Source: Candidatus Poribacteria bacterium (GTDB lineage Bacteria; Poribacteria; WGA-4E; WGA-3G). From it: a DNA stretch of 64,000 nucleotides. Both the position numbers and the translations under genes were made by a program. Location of the stretch: the NCBI GenBank assembly GCA_965205015.1, contig OZ242029.1, forward strand, positions 4,672,001 through 4,736,000, in the 5' to 3' direction. Numbering within the stretch: the first letter of the stretch is position 1; each line of letters begins with the position of its first letter. Below the pieces are notes generated by a model that saw only the letters and a list, made by a program, of their open reading frames with translations, was not told the origin of the DNA and did no database searches. Below, piece by piece: positions 21,207 through 31,254 of the stretch.

Positions 21207-22106
21207 ATGCTAAAAACACTCCCGTTACTCAATCAAGACACACCCCAAAGACGGCATCCGTCCTGGATCAAAGCTCGGATGCCGAGTGGTGGTAACTATG
21301 CTGAACTCAAAAAATTGATGCGGGATCTGCAACTTCACACGGTCTGCGAAGAGGCACGCTGTCCGAACATCGGTGAGTGCTGGAACAGTCGGACTGCTAC
21401 CTTTATGATACTCGGTGATGTCTGCACACGCCGCTGCATGTTCTGTGCGGTGAAAAAAGGCGCGCCCGGTGGGATCGTCGATGCCGATGAACCGCGCAGG
21501 CTCGGTGCCGCCGTCGGTCATTTAAAACTCAAGCATGTGGTTATCACCTCAGTCAATCGAGACGACCTTGCCGACGGAGGCGCGAGTATTTTCGCCGCAT
21601 GCATCGCCGAAGCACGGAAACATCGTCCCGGATGCACCGTGGAAGTCCTCATCCCCGACCTCGAAGGAAATTGGGACGCACTCGCAGTCATCGTGCAAGC
21701 GCGCCCTGAAGTGCTCAATCATAACACCGAAACAGTTCCACGTCTCTATCGCCGCGTCCGTCCGTATGCGAATTACCAACAAACCCTGAACCTGCTCCGC
21801 ACCAGCAAACAGCTGGACCCACAGATGCTCACAAAATCCGGACTGATGGTCGGTTTAGGTGAAACCGTGACGGAACTCTTAGAGACAATGGAAGACCTCC
21901 GCAACACCGAATGTGATATTCTCACTGTGGGTCAATACCTCTCTCCTTCCCCACGCCATTTGCCCATTCAACGCTATTATACCCCTGAAGAATTTGAGGA
22001 ACTCAAAGAAGCAGGGATCGAAATGGGATTTCGACATGTAGAGTCGGGCCCATTAGTGCGGAGCTCCTATCATGCCGGTGAACAAGCAAGGTTAGAACAA
22101 AATTAA
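21207..22106 (+). CDS. lipA: Lipoyl synthase
   Basis: CEEARCPNIGEC, CTRRCMFC, NHNTETV and RSSYHA motifs. Confidence 0.97.
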   Translation: MLKTLPLLNQDTPQRRHPSWIKARMPSGGNYAELKKLMRDLQLHTVCEEARCPNIGECWNSRTATFMILGDVCTRRCMFCAVKKGAPGGIVDADEPRRLGAAVGHLKLKHVVITSVNRDDLADGGASIFAACIAEARKHRPGCTVEVLIPDLEGNWDALAVIVQARPEVLNHNTETVPRLYRRVRPYANYQQTLNLLRTSKQLDPQMLTKSGLMVGLGETVTELLETMEDLRNTECDILTVGQYLSPSPRHLPIQRYYTPEEFEELKEAGIEMGFRHVESGPLVRSSYHAGEQARLEQN

Positions 22107-22326
22107 CGAACCTTACAGCATTTAAGGCTGGTTCCACTTCAAATCGCGCCATCCACATATCTCCGAGAAATTTTCAGACTTTACATTAAATCCGATTTTT
22201 GATAAACTAACGCCTGAAGCACACATTTTTGCATCACTGCAAAATACCTCGCGTTTCCTTCATGACACGGTTTCTAAAGAAGTAAGAAATTGGGATTGTC
22301 TCACTATCAGAACGAGGAGGCGGACA

Positions 22327-24054
22327 ATGAAAGGACTCACTTTCTTCAAAGCAACAAACTTTTGTTTACAGATAAAGCGCGTCAGTTTTGTTATTTTCGT
22401 CGTAAGTTTAGCACTTGCTGCGACACCGAGTCCCATCACAGCCGGAACCACACCGGATATTCAACCTGTTACGAACGAGATGTTACTCTCATCACAAGAT
22501 GACTCCGAGAGCTGGCTGATGTACGGACGGGATTACAGAAGTTGGCGATATAGTCAACTCACACAGGTTAACACTGAAAACGTTAAAAAACTCGTCCCGA
22601 AATGGGCGTTTCAAATTGGAACACCCTTCGATAAGTTTGAATGTACCCCACTGGTTGTCGACGGTGTGATGTTCATCACCACCCCTTATAGCACCATCTA
22701 TGCCGTGGACGCAAGAACCGGTAAGGAAATATGGCGGTACGATTATGAACTTCCCGACGATTTGGCGATCTGCTGTGGTATGGTGAACCGCGGGGCTGCT
22801 ATCTTGGGCGATAAAATCTTTTGGGTAACGCTTGACGCACATCTCCTTGCCCTCGATGCGAAAACCGGCAGGGTCCTCTGGGACAGAGTGGTCGGGGATC
22901 TGACGAACGCTGAATCCCTCACAGTCGCCCCGTTAGTCGTCAAAGACAAAGTGATTGTCGGCATATCAGGCGCAGAATACGGCATCCGAGGCTACATCGA
23001 CGCGTATTACGCCGACACCGGTGAACAGGCATGGCGATTTTACACCGTCCCTTCAAAAGACGAACCCGGCGGCGACACATGGGAAGGCGATTCATGGATG
23101 ACAGGTGGCGGCTCCGCCTGGGTCACAGGTTCCTACGACCCCGAATTGAATCTCGTCTACTGGGGAACGGGTAACCCGGCACCCGATTGGAACGGTGCCG
23201 TCCGGAGAGGCGACAACCTCTATACCGACTGTATCGTTGCGTTGGATGCCGATACCGGAAAACTCAAATGGTACTTTCAAGCCACACCCCACGATCTATG
23301 GGATTGGGACGGCGTGAGTGAACCGGTACTGATCGATATGGAGATAGATGGCGCGCCAGTCAAAGCACTGATGCAAGCGAATCGCAACGGCTATTTCTAT
23401 GTGCTTGATAGAACCAACGGAAAATTTCTATACGCAAGCACTTATTGCGAACAGAACTGGTCGGCGGGCCTCGATGAAAACGGACGTCCTACCGTCCTAC
23501 CCGGCGTGTCCACCTCAGAAGAAGGCACGATTCGTGTGTGTCCCGGCGTTGAAGGCGGCAAGAACTGGCCCCCGTCAGCCTATAACCCGCTCACAAATTA
23601 CCTCTATGTTCCTTCGTTGGAACTCTGCGGTTCCTTTCATCAAGGGCGCGTTTTCTACGTGAAAGGTCTCCCCTACCTCGGCAGCGGTATGACAGCCGAA
23701 AAAGACGAAGACGGTGACATGATGATGTGGGGACATATCAGCGCGATTGATGTTTCCACGGGTGAGATTAAATGGCGACACAAAACGAACTTCCCACAAT
23801 GGGGTGGATGTCTCACAACGGCAGGCGGTCTCGTTTTTGCGGGTGATTTAGAGGGCAGATTCATGGCACTCTCGGCAGAAACCGGCGAAGTGCTTTGGGA
23901 TTTCCAGACTGGATCCGGGGTTCTCGCCCCCCCAATTACCTATCAACTCGACGGCGTTCAATACGTTGTGATAGCATCGGGTGCTGTGAAATATGCCGAA
24001 GTTAATGCGCGCCAAGGCGGAACCCTCTTTGTGTTCGCGCTTTTTGATGAATAG
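22327..24054 (+). CDS. PQQ-dependent alcohol dehydrogenase family protein with a lanthanide-type D-x-D motif
   Basis: Signal peptide, vicinal CCGMVNRG, GAEYG, GTGNPAP, HDLWDWDG and W-docking propeller repeats. Confidence 0.9.
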   Translation: MKGLTFFKATNFCLQIKRVSFVIFVVSLALAATPSPITAGTTPDIQPVTNEMLLSSQDDSESWLMYGRDYRSWRYSQLTQVNTENVKKLVPKWAFQIGTPFDKFECTPLVVDGVMFITTPYSTIYAVDARTGKEIWRYDYELPDDLAICCGMVNRGAAILGDKIFWVTLDAHLLALDAKTGRVLWDRVVGDLTNAESLTVAPLVVKDKVIVGISGAEYGIRGYIDAYYADTGEQAWRFYTVPSKDEPGGDTWEGDSWMTGGGSAWVTGSYDPELNLVYWGTGNPAPDWNGAVRRGDNLYTDCIVALDADTGKLKWYFQATPHDLWDWDGVSEPVLIDMEIDGAPVKALMQANRNGYFYVLDRTNGKFLYASTYCEQNWSAGLDENGRPTVLPGVSTSEEGTIRVCPGVEGGKNWPPSAYNPLTNYLYVPSLELCGSFHQGRVFYVKGLPYLGSGMTAEKDEDGDMMMWGHISAIDVSTGEIKWRHKTNFPQWGGCLTTAGGLVFAGDLEGRFMALSAETGEVLWDFQTGSGVLAPPITYQLDGVQYVVIASGAVKYAEVNARQGGTLFVFALFDE

Positions 24055-24104
24055 TTGTTAGTTTTCGGTTTTCGGTTGTCAGTTAAGAGAGGCTTTTGTT
24101 AATC

Positions 24105-24426
24105 GTGATAGACCACATGCTAAAGCATGTGGCTTCTACAATCGTTATGCAGAAGCTCTCGTGCGATCAACGACTGTTGCTCTCTTACGAAAGACTTATA
24201 CAGCCTACTGCAACAGTCGCTACCCCGACTGCGACACCGAAGTGTCCTTGCGAAAAGTTTGTAATGAGTCATGCCTTCTGGCAAACACGTTGGGCCTTGA
24301 GTCCGCTATCCGTGTAATACTCATGTCGAGCTGCTATTTAGGATAGGTAATCGTTTTAGAGCTTTACACTACAGGAACGCTATCACGAGCTTAGCAACCA
24401 AAGCCTCTGTAGCAACCTTACACTCT
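24105..24426 (-). ncRNA. Putative TnpB omegaRNA/reRNA-like transcript
   Basis: Lies downstream of an internal promoter; contains the stem CGACTGTTGC/GCAACAGTCG and the terminal right-end hairpin; no convincing ORF. Confidence 0.5.
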
Positions 24427-24432
24427 GAAAGT

Positions 24433-24461
24433 ATTATAGCAGATTCAAAACCTTATTTCAA
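24433..24461 (-). promoter_or_regulatory. Sigma70 promoter inside the IS605-type element
   Basis: Minus strand TTGAAA-17 nt-TATAAT with an extended TG. Confidence 0.7.
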
Positions 24462-24561
24462 GGAGAAACAGCGTCTACATCTCCACGCGAAAGCATGGAG
24501 TTTTGACGCTGAAGATTATGATAAACCTCTTTAACCGAAAATGAATAAATAGGAGGGACCC

Positions 24562-25437
24562 GTGAAACACCAAATCCCTTTGTGGATCGCGCTTCTCATA
24601 TTGCCTATTCTGATCCTACACAACGCAAGTGCCGATAGTGTCTTGGAAGAAATTCGGGCAAAGGGTGTCTTAACGGTCTGTATGGACATCCGAAATCTGC
24701 CTTACTCCAATGCGGATCCGGAACTTCCTGGATTATATGTTGAGATAGCACACTTACTGGCAGCGGAGCTCGGTGTTAAGTTGGAACTCCACTGGCTTAA
24801 CACCCTCCGTGATAGTCTACTGGCTGACATGATACGCGGACATTGCGACTGTGTAATCGGAGTGCCCATTGAGGAGCGCGCCATGAGTGAAGCAATTCAA
24901 TTGGGGAAAAACGTTGATTTCTCTACGCCCTTCTACGGGACGGGATACGTATTGGTAAAACAGAAAGATAACCAAGCGTCCCCGAAAACGCTGGAGGACA
25001 TCAAGTTAGAAACCATTGGAACAGAAGCGGGTTCTATCGCAAGTGATGTCCTTCGACAGATGGGGTATAATCGTCGCGTTTATCGCTCACAAATTGCCGT
25101 CTTAGACGCTCTCAAGAAAGGGCAAATTGCTTACGGATATGTCTGGTCAAACATTGGGTGGCTGATTGAAAAGGGTTCCCGAATTCAGCAGCCAGAACAG
25201 ACGGACACCGTTTACCCTGAATTAGAGATTGTCAAAGAATACATTCCTGAAGTTCGTCTTCGTTGGAATATCGCTATTGCTTTTAGCAAAGATAAGCCCA
25301 CACGAGAAACACGTGAACTTCGAGACGTTGTTAACACAATTATCGAACAGAAATGGAGCGAAGAAAAACTCAAAGACCTCTGTGAAAAGTATTATTTGCC
25401 TTACTTCGCTCCGTTTCAGGAGGATGAACAGAAATGA
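24562..25437 (+). CDS. Periplasmic substrate-binding protein (XoxJ/MxaJ-like)
   Basis: Signal peptide; LTVCMDIRNLPYSN, CDCVIGVP and STPFYGTGYV motifs; follows the PQQ dehydrogenase. Confidence 0.8.
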   Translation: MKHQIPLWIALLILPILILHNASADSVLEEIRAKGVLTVCMDIRNLPYSNADPELPGLYVEIAHLLAAELGVKLELHWLNTLRDSLLADMIRGHCDCVIGVPIEERAMSEAIQLGKNVDFSTPFYGTGYVLVKQKDNQASPKTLEDIKLETIGTEAGSIASDVLRQMGYNRRVYRSQIAVLDALKKGQIAYGYVWSNIGWLIEKGSRIQQPEQTDTVYPELEIVKEYIPEVRLRWNIAIAFSKDKPTRETRELRDVVNTIIEQKWSEEKLKDLCEKYYLPYFAPFQEDEQK

Positions 25438-26360
25438 TGTATTATTCTACCCGCGTTACAACTTCTACCGTTCGAATAACGTGGTGCCTCTTCCTCCTCT
25501 CTCTGGGGATAAGTCTCTTCTTTTTTCCGCTCGTAAACGCTCAGGACTTAGAGGTGGATATTGCCCCCGCAGCACCGAGAGAAGTTATTAATTATGACGA
25601 AGATGTTATTGATGGCGCGTTCTACTTCCGTTTGATGTGTTGGAATTGTCACGCCCAACAAACACGTGGTGGCAAAGCACCTGATCTTTTTAAACCGCAG
25701 TGGCTCTACGGATGGACGGATGACGGCATCTTCCAAACCGTATTCAACGGACTTCCAGGGACCGAGATGCAAAAGTTTGGTGGTAAACTTTCTGATGAAG
25801 CGATTAACATGATTGTCGGTTACGTCCGCTCACAACAAGCGAAAGCGGCAGGGGTCTCTTTGGAGGAAGCGAAACCTACTCAGGATTGGAGTCCCTATAT
25901 GGGGGGCGATGTCAAAGCGGGAGAAGCCATCTTCTTCTCAGAAGGGTACGCCTGCGGTAAGTGCCACACGGTTCATGGGAGAGGCGCGACCGGCACTGGC
26001 AGTGAAATAGGTCCTGACATGACGTATGTCGCTCGCACCCGCTCACCGCAATTCATTGTCGAGTCCATCCTCAATCCGCGCGCCTATATCGCGCCTGAAT
26101 ATGAAATGATTACCATTTTCACTAAGGATGGAAAGGAAATCACCGGTAGGAAGCGTCATCAGTATGATCACAGAGGCAGATTGGACCCTGAAACCATCCA
26201 GATACTCGACGATTCTGGGAAGTTATGGACAACCTACTTCACAAAGGATATAAGGAGTACGAGTGTCCCACAAGCAGGCGTTATGCCTGAAAACTTCGCA
26301 GATATTCTTTCTGTCAAGCAGATGCACGACCTTCTGGCGTATCTGTTCACACTAAAATAG
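25434..26360 (+). CDS. Diheme c-type cytochrome
   Basis: CWNCH and CGKCH heme motifs, GPDMT, SILNP and terminal MP...DLLAYL. Confidence 0.85.
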   Translation: MMYYSTRVTTSTVRITWCLFLLSLGISLFFFPLVNAQDLEVDIAPAAPREVINYDEDVIDGAFYFRLMCWNCHAQQTRGGKAPDLFKPQWLYGWTDDGIFQTVFNGLPGTEMQKFGGKLSDEAINMIVGYVRSQQAKAAGVSLEEAKPTQDWSPYMGGDVKAGEAIFFSEGYACGKCHTVHGRGATGTGSEIGPDMTYVARTRSPQFIVESILNPRAYIAPEYEMITIFTKDGKEITGRKRHQYDHRGRLDPETIQILDDSGKLWTTYFTKDIRSTSVPQAGVMPENFADILSVKQMHDLLAYLFTLK

Positions 26361-26486
26361 CCGTTAGCAGTCAGGCCGCTTCGCTCTCGGCTTTCAGCTA
26401 AGAGGTTTTCGATGAACTGAGGGAAACCGATGGTTTCCGAGGACTGGCTGCTATTCTGTCATTTAACCGCAAGGAAAATTAAAAAA

Positions 26487-27290
26487 ATGATCCGTGTAAT
26501 TATTAATGGGGCATGTGGCCGTATGGGACGGCTCATCATCCGAGGCGTTTCCGAACAAGCCGATATGGAAATCGTTGGCGCGATTGAATTCCCAGAACAC
26601 CCACAGATCGGGAGTGATGCCGGTGTTGTTGCCGGTATTGGAGAAATAGGGGTAGCGATTACAGGGAGCCTTGAGGATGTCCTTGAAAACGCAGATGTTG
26701 TCATCGAATTCTCGAAACCTGAGGCGACCTTACAACACCTCCGCCAAGTCGTCAACGCCGACAAAGCGATGATAATCGCAACGACCGGCTATGACCCCGA
26801 TGAACTTGCGACTCTCAGGGAACTCGCCTCACAGATTCGCTGCGTCATGGCACCGAACATGAGTCTCGGTGTCAATGTGATGATCCAAGCATTGGAATTA
26901 ATCGCTAAAGCCCTCGGGGACGATTACGATATTGAGGTGATAGAGGCACACCACAACCACAAAGCAGATTCACCGAGCGGCACAGCACTCCGCTTAGCGG
27001 AGACAGTCGCTACGGCATTGGGTCGCGACTTAGATGAGGTGGGTGTTTACGGCAGGCACGGCATCGTTGGGGCGCGACCGAAGAAGCAGATCGGCATCCA
27101 CGCCGTTCGAGGTGGTGATATCGCCGGCGATCATACAGTACTGTTCGCAACCGAAGGTGAGCAATTAAGCGTCGTTCACCGCGCCCACAGTCCAGAGGCG
27201 TTCGCCAAAGGTGCGATTCGCGCAGCGAGATGGGTCATCAACGCGCCTAAAGGGTTACACGATGTCAGCGAAGTCCTGTTTCAGAAATAG
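26487..27290 (+). CDS. dapB: 4-hydroxy-tetrahydrodipicolinate reductase, copy 1
   Basis: GACGRMG, APNMSLGVN, EAHHNHKADSPSGTA and RGGDIAGDH motifs. Confidence 0.95.
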   Translation: MIRVIINGACGRMGRLIIRGVSEQADMEIVGAIEFPEHPQIGSDAGVVAGIGEIGVAITGSLEDVLENADVVIEFSKPEATLQHLRQVVNADKAMIIATTGYDPDELATLRELASQIRCVMAPNMSLGVNVMIQALELIAKALGDDYDIEVIEAHHNHKADSPSGTALRLAETVATALGRDLDEVGVYGRHGIVGARPKKQIGIHAVRGGDIAGDHTVLFATEGEQLSVVHRAHSPEAFAKGAIRAARWVINAPKGLHDVSEVLFQK

Positions 27291-27361
27291 TAGACACGAC
27301 GCTATATCAAAACCGTCACATCGCAACCCCATGTCATTTAACCGCAAGGAAAATTAAAAAG

Positions 27362-28159
27362 ATGATTCGTGCAGTTATCACCGGCGTTTGCGGTCGTATG
27401 GGGCGTTGCATCACGCGCGGCATTGCCCAGCAACCCGATATGCGACTCGTGGGGGCTGTCCAATATCCTTCACACCCACAAATCGGGAACGATGCGGGTG
27501 TTGTGGCTGGCATTGGTGAGATTGGCGTCGCCATTACAGGCCAACTTGACGACGTGCTTCATCGTTCAGATGTTGTCATCGAATTTTCAAAACCTGAAGC
27601 AACCCTGGACCACCTCCAACAAGTCGTCGATACAGATAAAGCCATGGTTCTCGGAACAACTGGTTTTACCGCCGACGAATTCGCGACCCTCAAAGTTCAC
27701 GCATCAAGGATCCGCTGTGTCATGGCACCGAACATGAGTCTCGGTGTCAATGTGATGCTCCAAGCATTAGAATTAATTGCCAAAGCCCTCGGAAATGATT
27801 ATAATATTGAAGTGATAGAAGCGCACCACAATCACAAAGCAGATTCACCGAGCGGTACAGCCTTACGTGTAGCGGAAACGCTCACCACAGCACTTGAACA
27901 AAATTTAGATGAGGTGGGTGTCCACGGTCGCCACGGCATTATGGGCGCGAGACCGAAGAAACAGATCGGCATTCATGCAGTCCGAGGTGGCGATATTGCT
28001 GGTGATCACACAGTATTGTTCGCAACAGAGGGTGAGCAATTAAGCATTGTCCACCGCGCCCACAGTCCAGAGGCGTTCGCCAAAGGCGCGATTCGCGCAG
28101 CGAAATGGATTATCGACGCACCTAAAGGGTTACACGATGTCAGCGAAGTCCTGTTTTAA
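27362..28159 (+). CDS. dapB: 4-hydroxy-tetrahydrodipicolinate reductase, copy 2
   Basis: Same motifs; tandem paralog sharing an identical 29-nt upstream sequence. Confidence 0.93.
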   Translation: MIRAVITGVCGRMGRCITRGIAQQPDMRLVGAVQYPSHPQIGNDAGVVAGIGEIGVAITGQLDDVLHRSDVVIEFSKPEATLDHLQQVVDTDKAMVLGTTGFTADEFATLKVHASRIRCVMAPNMSLGVNVMLQALELIAKALGNDYNIEVIEAHHNHKADSPSGTALRVAETLTTALEQNLDEVGVHGRHGIMGARPKKQIGIHAVRGGDIAGDHTVLFATEGEQLSIVHRAHSPEAFAKGAIRAAKWIIDAPKGLHDVSEVLF

Positions 28160-28269
28160 GGGTTATCAGTTAAAGAGATGTTTGTGGCATGCACACAATA
28201 CGCAACTGCTACAGAAATTAACTTCGACCCTGAACTCGTGCTTTAACATTTATAAACGGAGGCGAGTTG

Positions 28270-30290
28270 ATGGTCAAAATCGACCCCTGATAACTCACAA
28301 CTATTTTATCGCACTCTTCATCGGTATTCTATTTATCGTCGGCTGTGAAAACAGTGCGCCTCAGAGACAGGTCCGGTACGAATGGAAAACCGTCATGGAG
28401 GGCGATTGGAGTTCACATCTCTATGATGTCCATTTCGTTTCTGAAAAGCGGGGTTGGGCAGTTGGTAACGCTGTGGACGTAACGCCTGGTGCCGATTTTG
28501 GAGAAGGTGCGGAAAGTCTCATCATCCATACAAACGACGGTGGACAAACATGGCACAGACAGCACAGCAGCGTTTTCAACAACCCCCTACGAAATGTGTA
28601 TTTTCGCTCAGCATCAGAAGGCTGGTGCATAGGCGAAAGCGGCACTCTGATCCATACAACAGATGGCGGACAGACATGGCAGCACATTGAAACCGGCACG
28701 GAAAATAATCTGCATGACCTCTTTATCGGCAATGGAACAGGCTGGATTGTGGGTGACTGGGGCACCGTGCTGAAAACAACCGACAATGGACAGACGTTCG
28801 TACAGATGGATGGACAGGTGTTCGGCGGAAACCAGTCATTGAAAGGTGTCCATTTTATAGACGAAAACCGGGGATGGATTGTTACCTATAGTCCCCCGAC
28901 ATCAACACATTCGGAAAAGGCTGGCTATATCTATCAGACAACCGATGGCGGAGAAACTTGGGAAGTCCAATTTGAGACGGAAGCTGCCCTGTTCAACCTT
29001 CACTTCATAAACAAACAGACAGGTTGGGTTGTCGGTGACAAGCGGAGCATCTTCGCAACAACCGATGGTGGCAATACATGGAATTTCGTCACTCGCGGAA
29101 CCAACGAACGCCATAAAAGTAGTTACGGTCAACCCGACTATCTCGGGAATGAGCCATTACATACCTTTACACTTTACGATATTGACTTTGTAGATACCCA
29201 AAACGGATGGATTGTCGGCGACTTAGGCGTGATTCTCCACACTTCGTCGGGTGGAAAAGAAAAATGGAAACATCAACGCGGCGGTCCGCGCTTTCATAAC
29301 AGCGCAGATGCCGTCCTGTTGGGTGTTGACTTCGTCTCGAAGCAAATCGGTTGGGCAGTCGGTGAAAACGGCACGATTCTGCACACCCGCAACGGGGGTG
29401 TAACCTGGGAATCACAATCAAGTCCGAGTCATCTTCTCGTAGGTATATCTGCTATCTCACCCGATGAAGGATACGTTGTCGGTGACCGGGGCACGATTCT
29501 ACGAACCGAAAACGGAGGGAGTGTCTGGAGAGCACAAGACAGTCGTACAACTGAGTGTTTTGGGGCAACCCATTTCGCGTCCGCAGAAATCGGATGGGCG
29601 GTTGCAGAAGCCGGGGTCGTTCTGCATACCAGAAACGGTGGAAGCGTATGGCAACGTCAAGTCTCAGGAACGCAGCAGGACCTACTCGGTGTTTTCTTTG
29701 CAGACGAAAAAAATGGATGGTGTGTCGGAAGCGGCGGTGAAATCATTCATACAAATGATGGCGGGAAAACATGGCACCGTCAAAAGAGTGGAACGAATTG
29801 GAATCTCTTTGACGTTCATTTCACCTCCAAACGGCGTGGTTGGGCAGTCGGTCTGAACGGAACAATGCTTGCGACAGTTGACGGCGGCACCCATTGGAAA
29901 TTGTCACCCCTTAGCGAGCGATACCCATCTTTTTTCTTAGATGCCGTTATGTTCGTCACCCCAGAGATAGGATGGGTCGTAGGATTAGATTTACGCAGTT
30001 TGGGTATGGATGGGTTGATCCTACATACCGAGGATGCCGGGAAAACATGGCATCGTCAAGAGAGTCATACCCGCAATTTTCTTGACGATGTATTTTTTAT
30101 TTCAGAAACAGAAGGCTGGATTGTTGGAAAAGAGGGGCTCGTCCTCCACACAATCGATGGTGGACAAAATTGGAGACCTCAGCACACAGATACGAAAACG
30201 GATCTGAAGGCTATCTATGTCAGCAATGCAGATAGCGGATGGGCGGTTGGGCAAAACGGAACAATCCTCAGATATGAAGCCGTTCCGTGA
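28270..30290 (+). CDS. YCF48/BNR-repeat beta-propeller lipoprotein (start apparently frameshifted)
   Basis: Many GW.VG..G.IL.T.DGG.TW repeats and a lipobox IVGC. The SD-linked ATG at 28270 is one base out of frame. Confidence 0.75.
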
Positions 30291-30326
30291 ATAGTTAACC
30301 GACGAGGGAAAAAAAGGAAAAGCATC

Positions 30327-31070
30327 ATGACAGACGAACAAAAATATCTATTCGATTTGCAAGGTTTCATTGTCCTGAAGGGCGTTATCCCACAAACAGT
30401 GGTTGACGCGTGTAACGCTGTGTTAGATGAATACGAGAATATGCCACCGGACGACTATCCACCACCACTGTGCCTCGGCACCCAGCGAACGGAGAAAGAA
30501 CTCTACATCTCCAACATCTTGGAGGCTGACAGTGTATTCAACGTCCTGATCGACATCCCAGAAGTGCTGGATGTAATCCAAGGCGTAACTGGCGGTCCGT
30601 ATCGGCTCAATCATACCTACACAATTTACCGGTGGGGTGGCGGTTATACCGGGTTGCACATGCACGGAACACCGATTATCCCGAAATGCCAGTATCATTG
30701 CAAAAACGGAGAGATGGTATCAACTTTAACAAAAGCGGTCTTTCCGATGCTGGACTGTGATGTAGAGGACGGTTGTTTCGCCGTTATACCGGGTGCACAT
30801 AAGAGCAATTTCCCAAAACCTTGGGGAGGCCATCCCGATGAAAATCCCGTGTTGAGCCCGATCCCAGCAAAAGCAGGAGACGCTATCATCTTTACGGAGG
30901 CACTCACACACGGGTCTGTTATCAACGTTTCTGGTAACCCGCGTCGGACGCTCTATTACTGCTACAGCATCGGCTATATGCCAGATTGGGGCGGTCAGGG
31001 TTTGCATTTCAGCCCGAACGTTATGGAAAGCCTCAACGCAGCCCAGCAGTCAATCCTTCAGTTGAAATAG
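30327..31070 (+). CDS. Phytanoyl-CoA dioxygenase (PhyH) family protein
   Basis: FDLQGFIVL, GCFAVIPGAHK, KAGDAIIFTEALTHG and RRTL motifs. Confidence 0.85.
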   Translation: MTDEQKYLFDLQGFIVLKGVIPQTVVDACNAVLDEYENMPPDDYPPPLCLGTQRTEKELYISNILEADSVFNVLIDIPEVLDVIQGVTGGPYRLNHTYTIYRWGGGYTGLHMHGTPIIPKCQYHCKNGEMVSTLTKAVFPMLDCDVEDGCFAVIPGAHKSNFPKPWGGHPDENPVLSPIPAKAGDAIIFTEALTHGSVINVSGNPRRTLYYCYSIGYMPDWGGQGLHFSPNVMESLNAAQQSILQLK

Positions 31071-31254
31071 TTCACAGTTATCGACAGCCGATAGAAGTCA
31101 GACCCCGGATTTTTGTGATCTATGTGATTCACTATGATGAGACCTCCGATAATTAAGGTAAATTTGTCTTCTTATATCGCTGACCCAGCAATCATAGTTC
31201 AGACTTTCTCCGATAACTGATAACCCCTTAAAACAGGAGCCTATAATTAAAAAT

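Larger units (their letters stand above)
24105..24520 (-). mobile_element. Non-autonomous IS200/IS605-type element (no transposase or TnpB)
   Basis: Subterminal hairpins CTCCATGCTTTCGCGTGGAG (left end) and GAAGCCACATGCTTTAGCATGTGG-TCTA-TCAC (right end). TTTAT lies just outside the left end and there is no target duplication. Removing it restores a host hairpin repeat. Confidence 0.7.

Noticed and set aside
24096-24346. Short ORFs inside the IS605-type element
   Set aside because: No SD and no TnpA or TnpB motifs; better explained as non-coding.
31094-31206. Possible MITE with AGTC(A/T)GA ends between phyH and dapL
   Set aside because: The inverted repeats are short and imperfect, and there is no second copy in the window.
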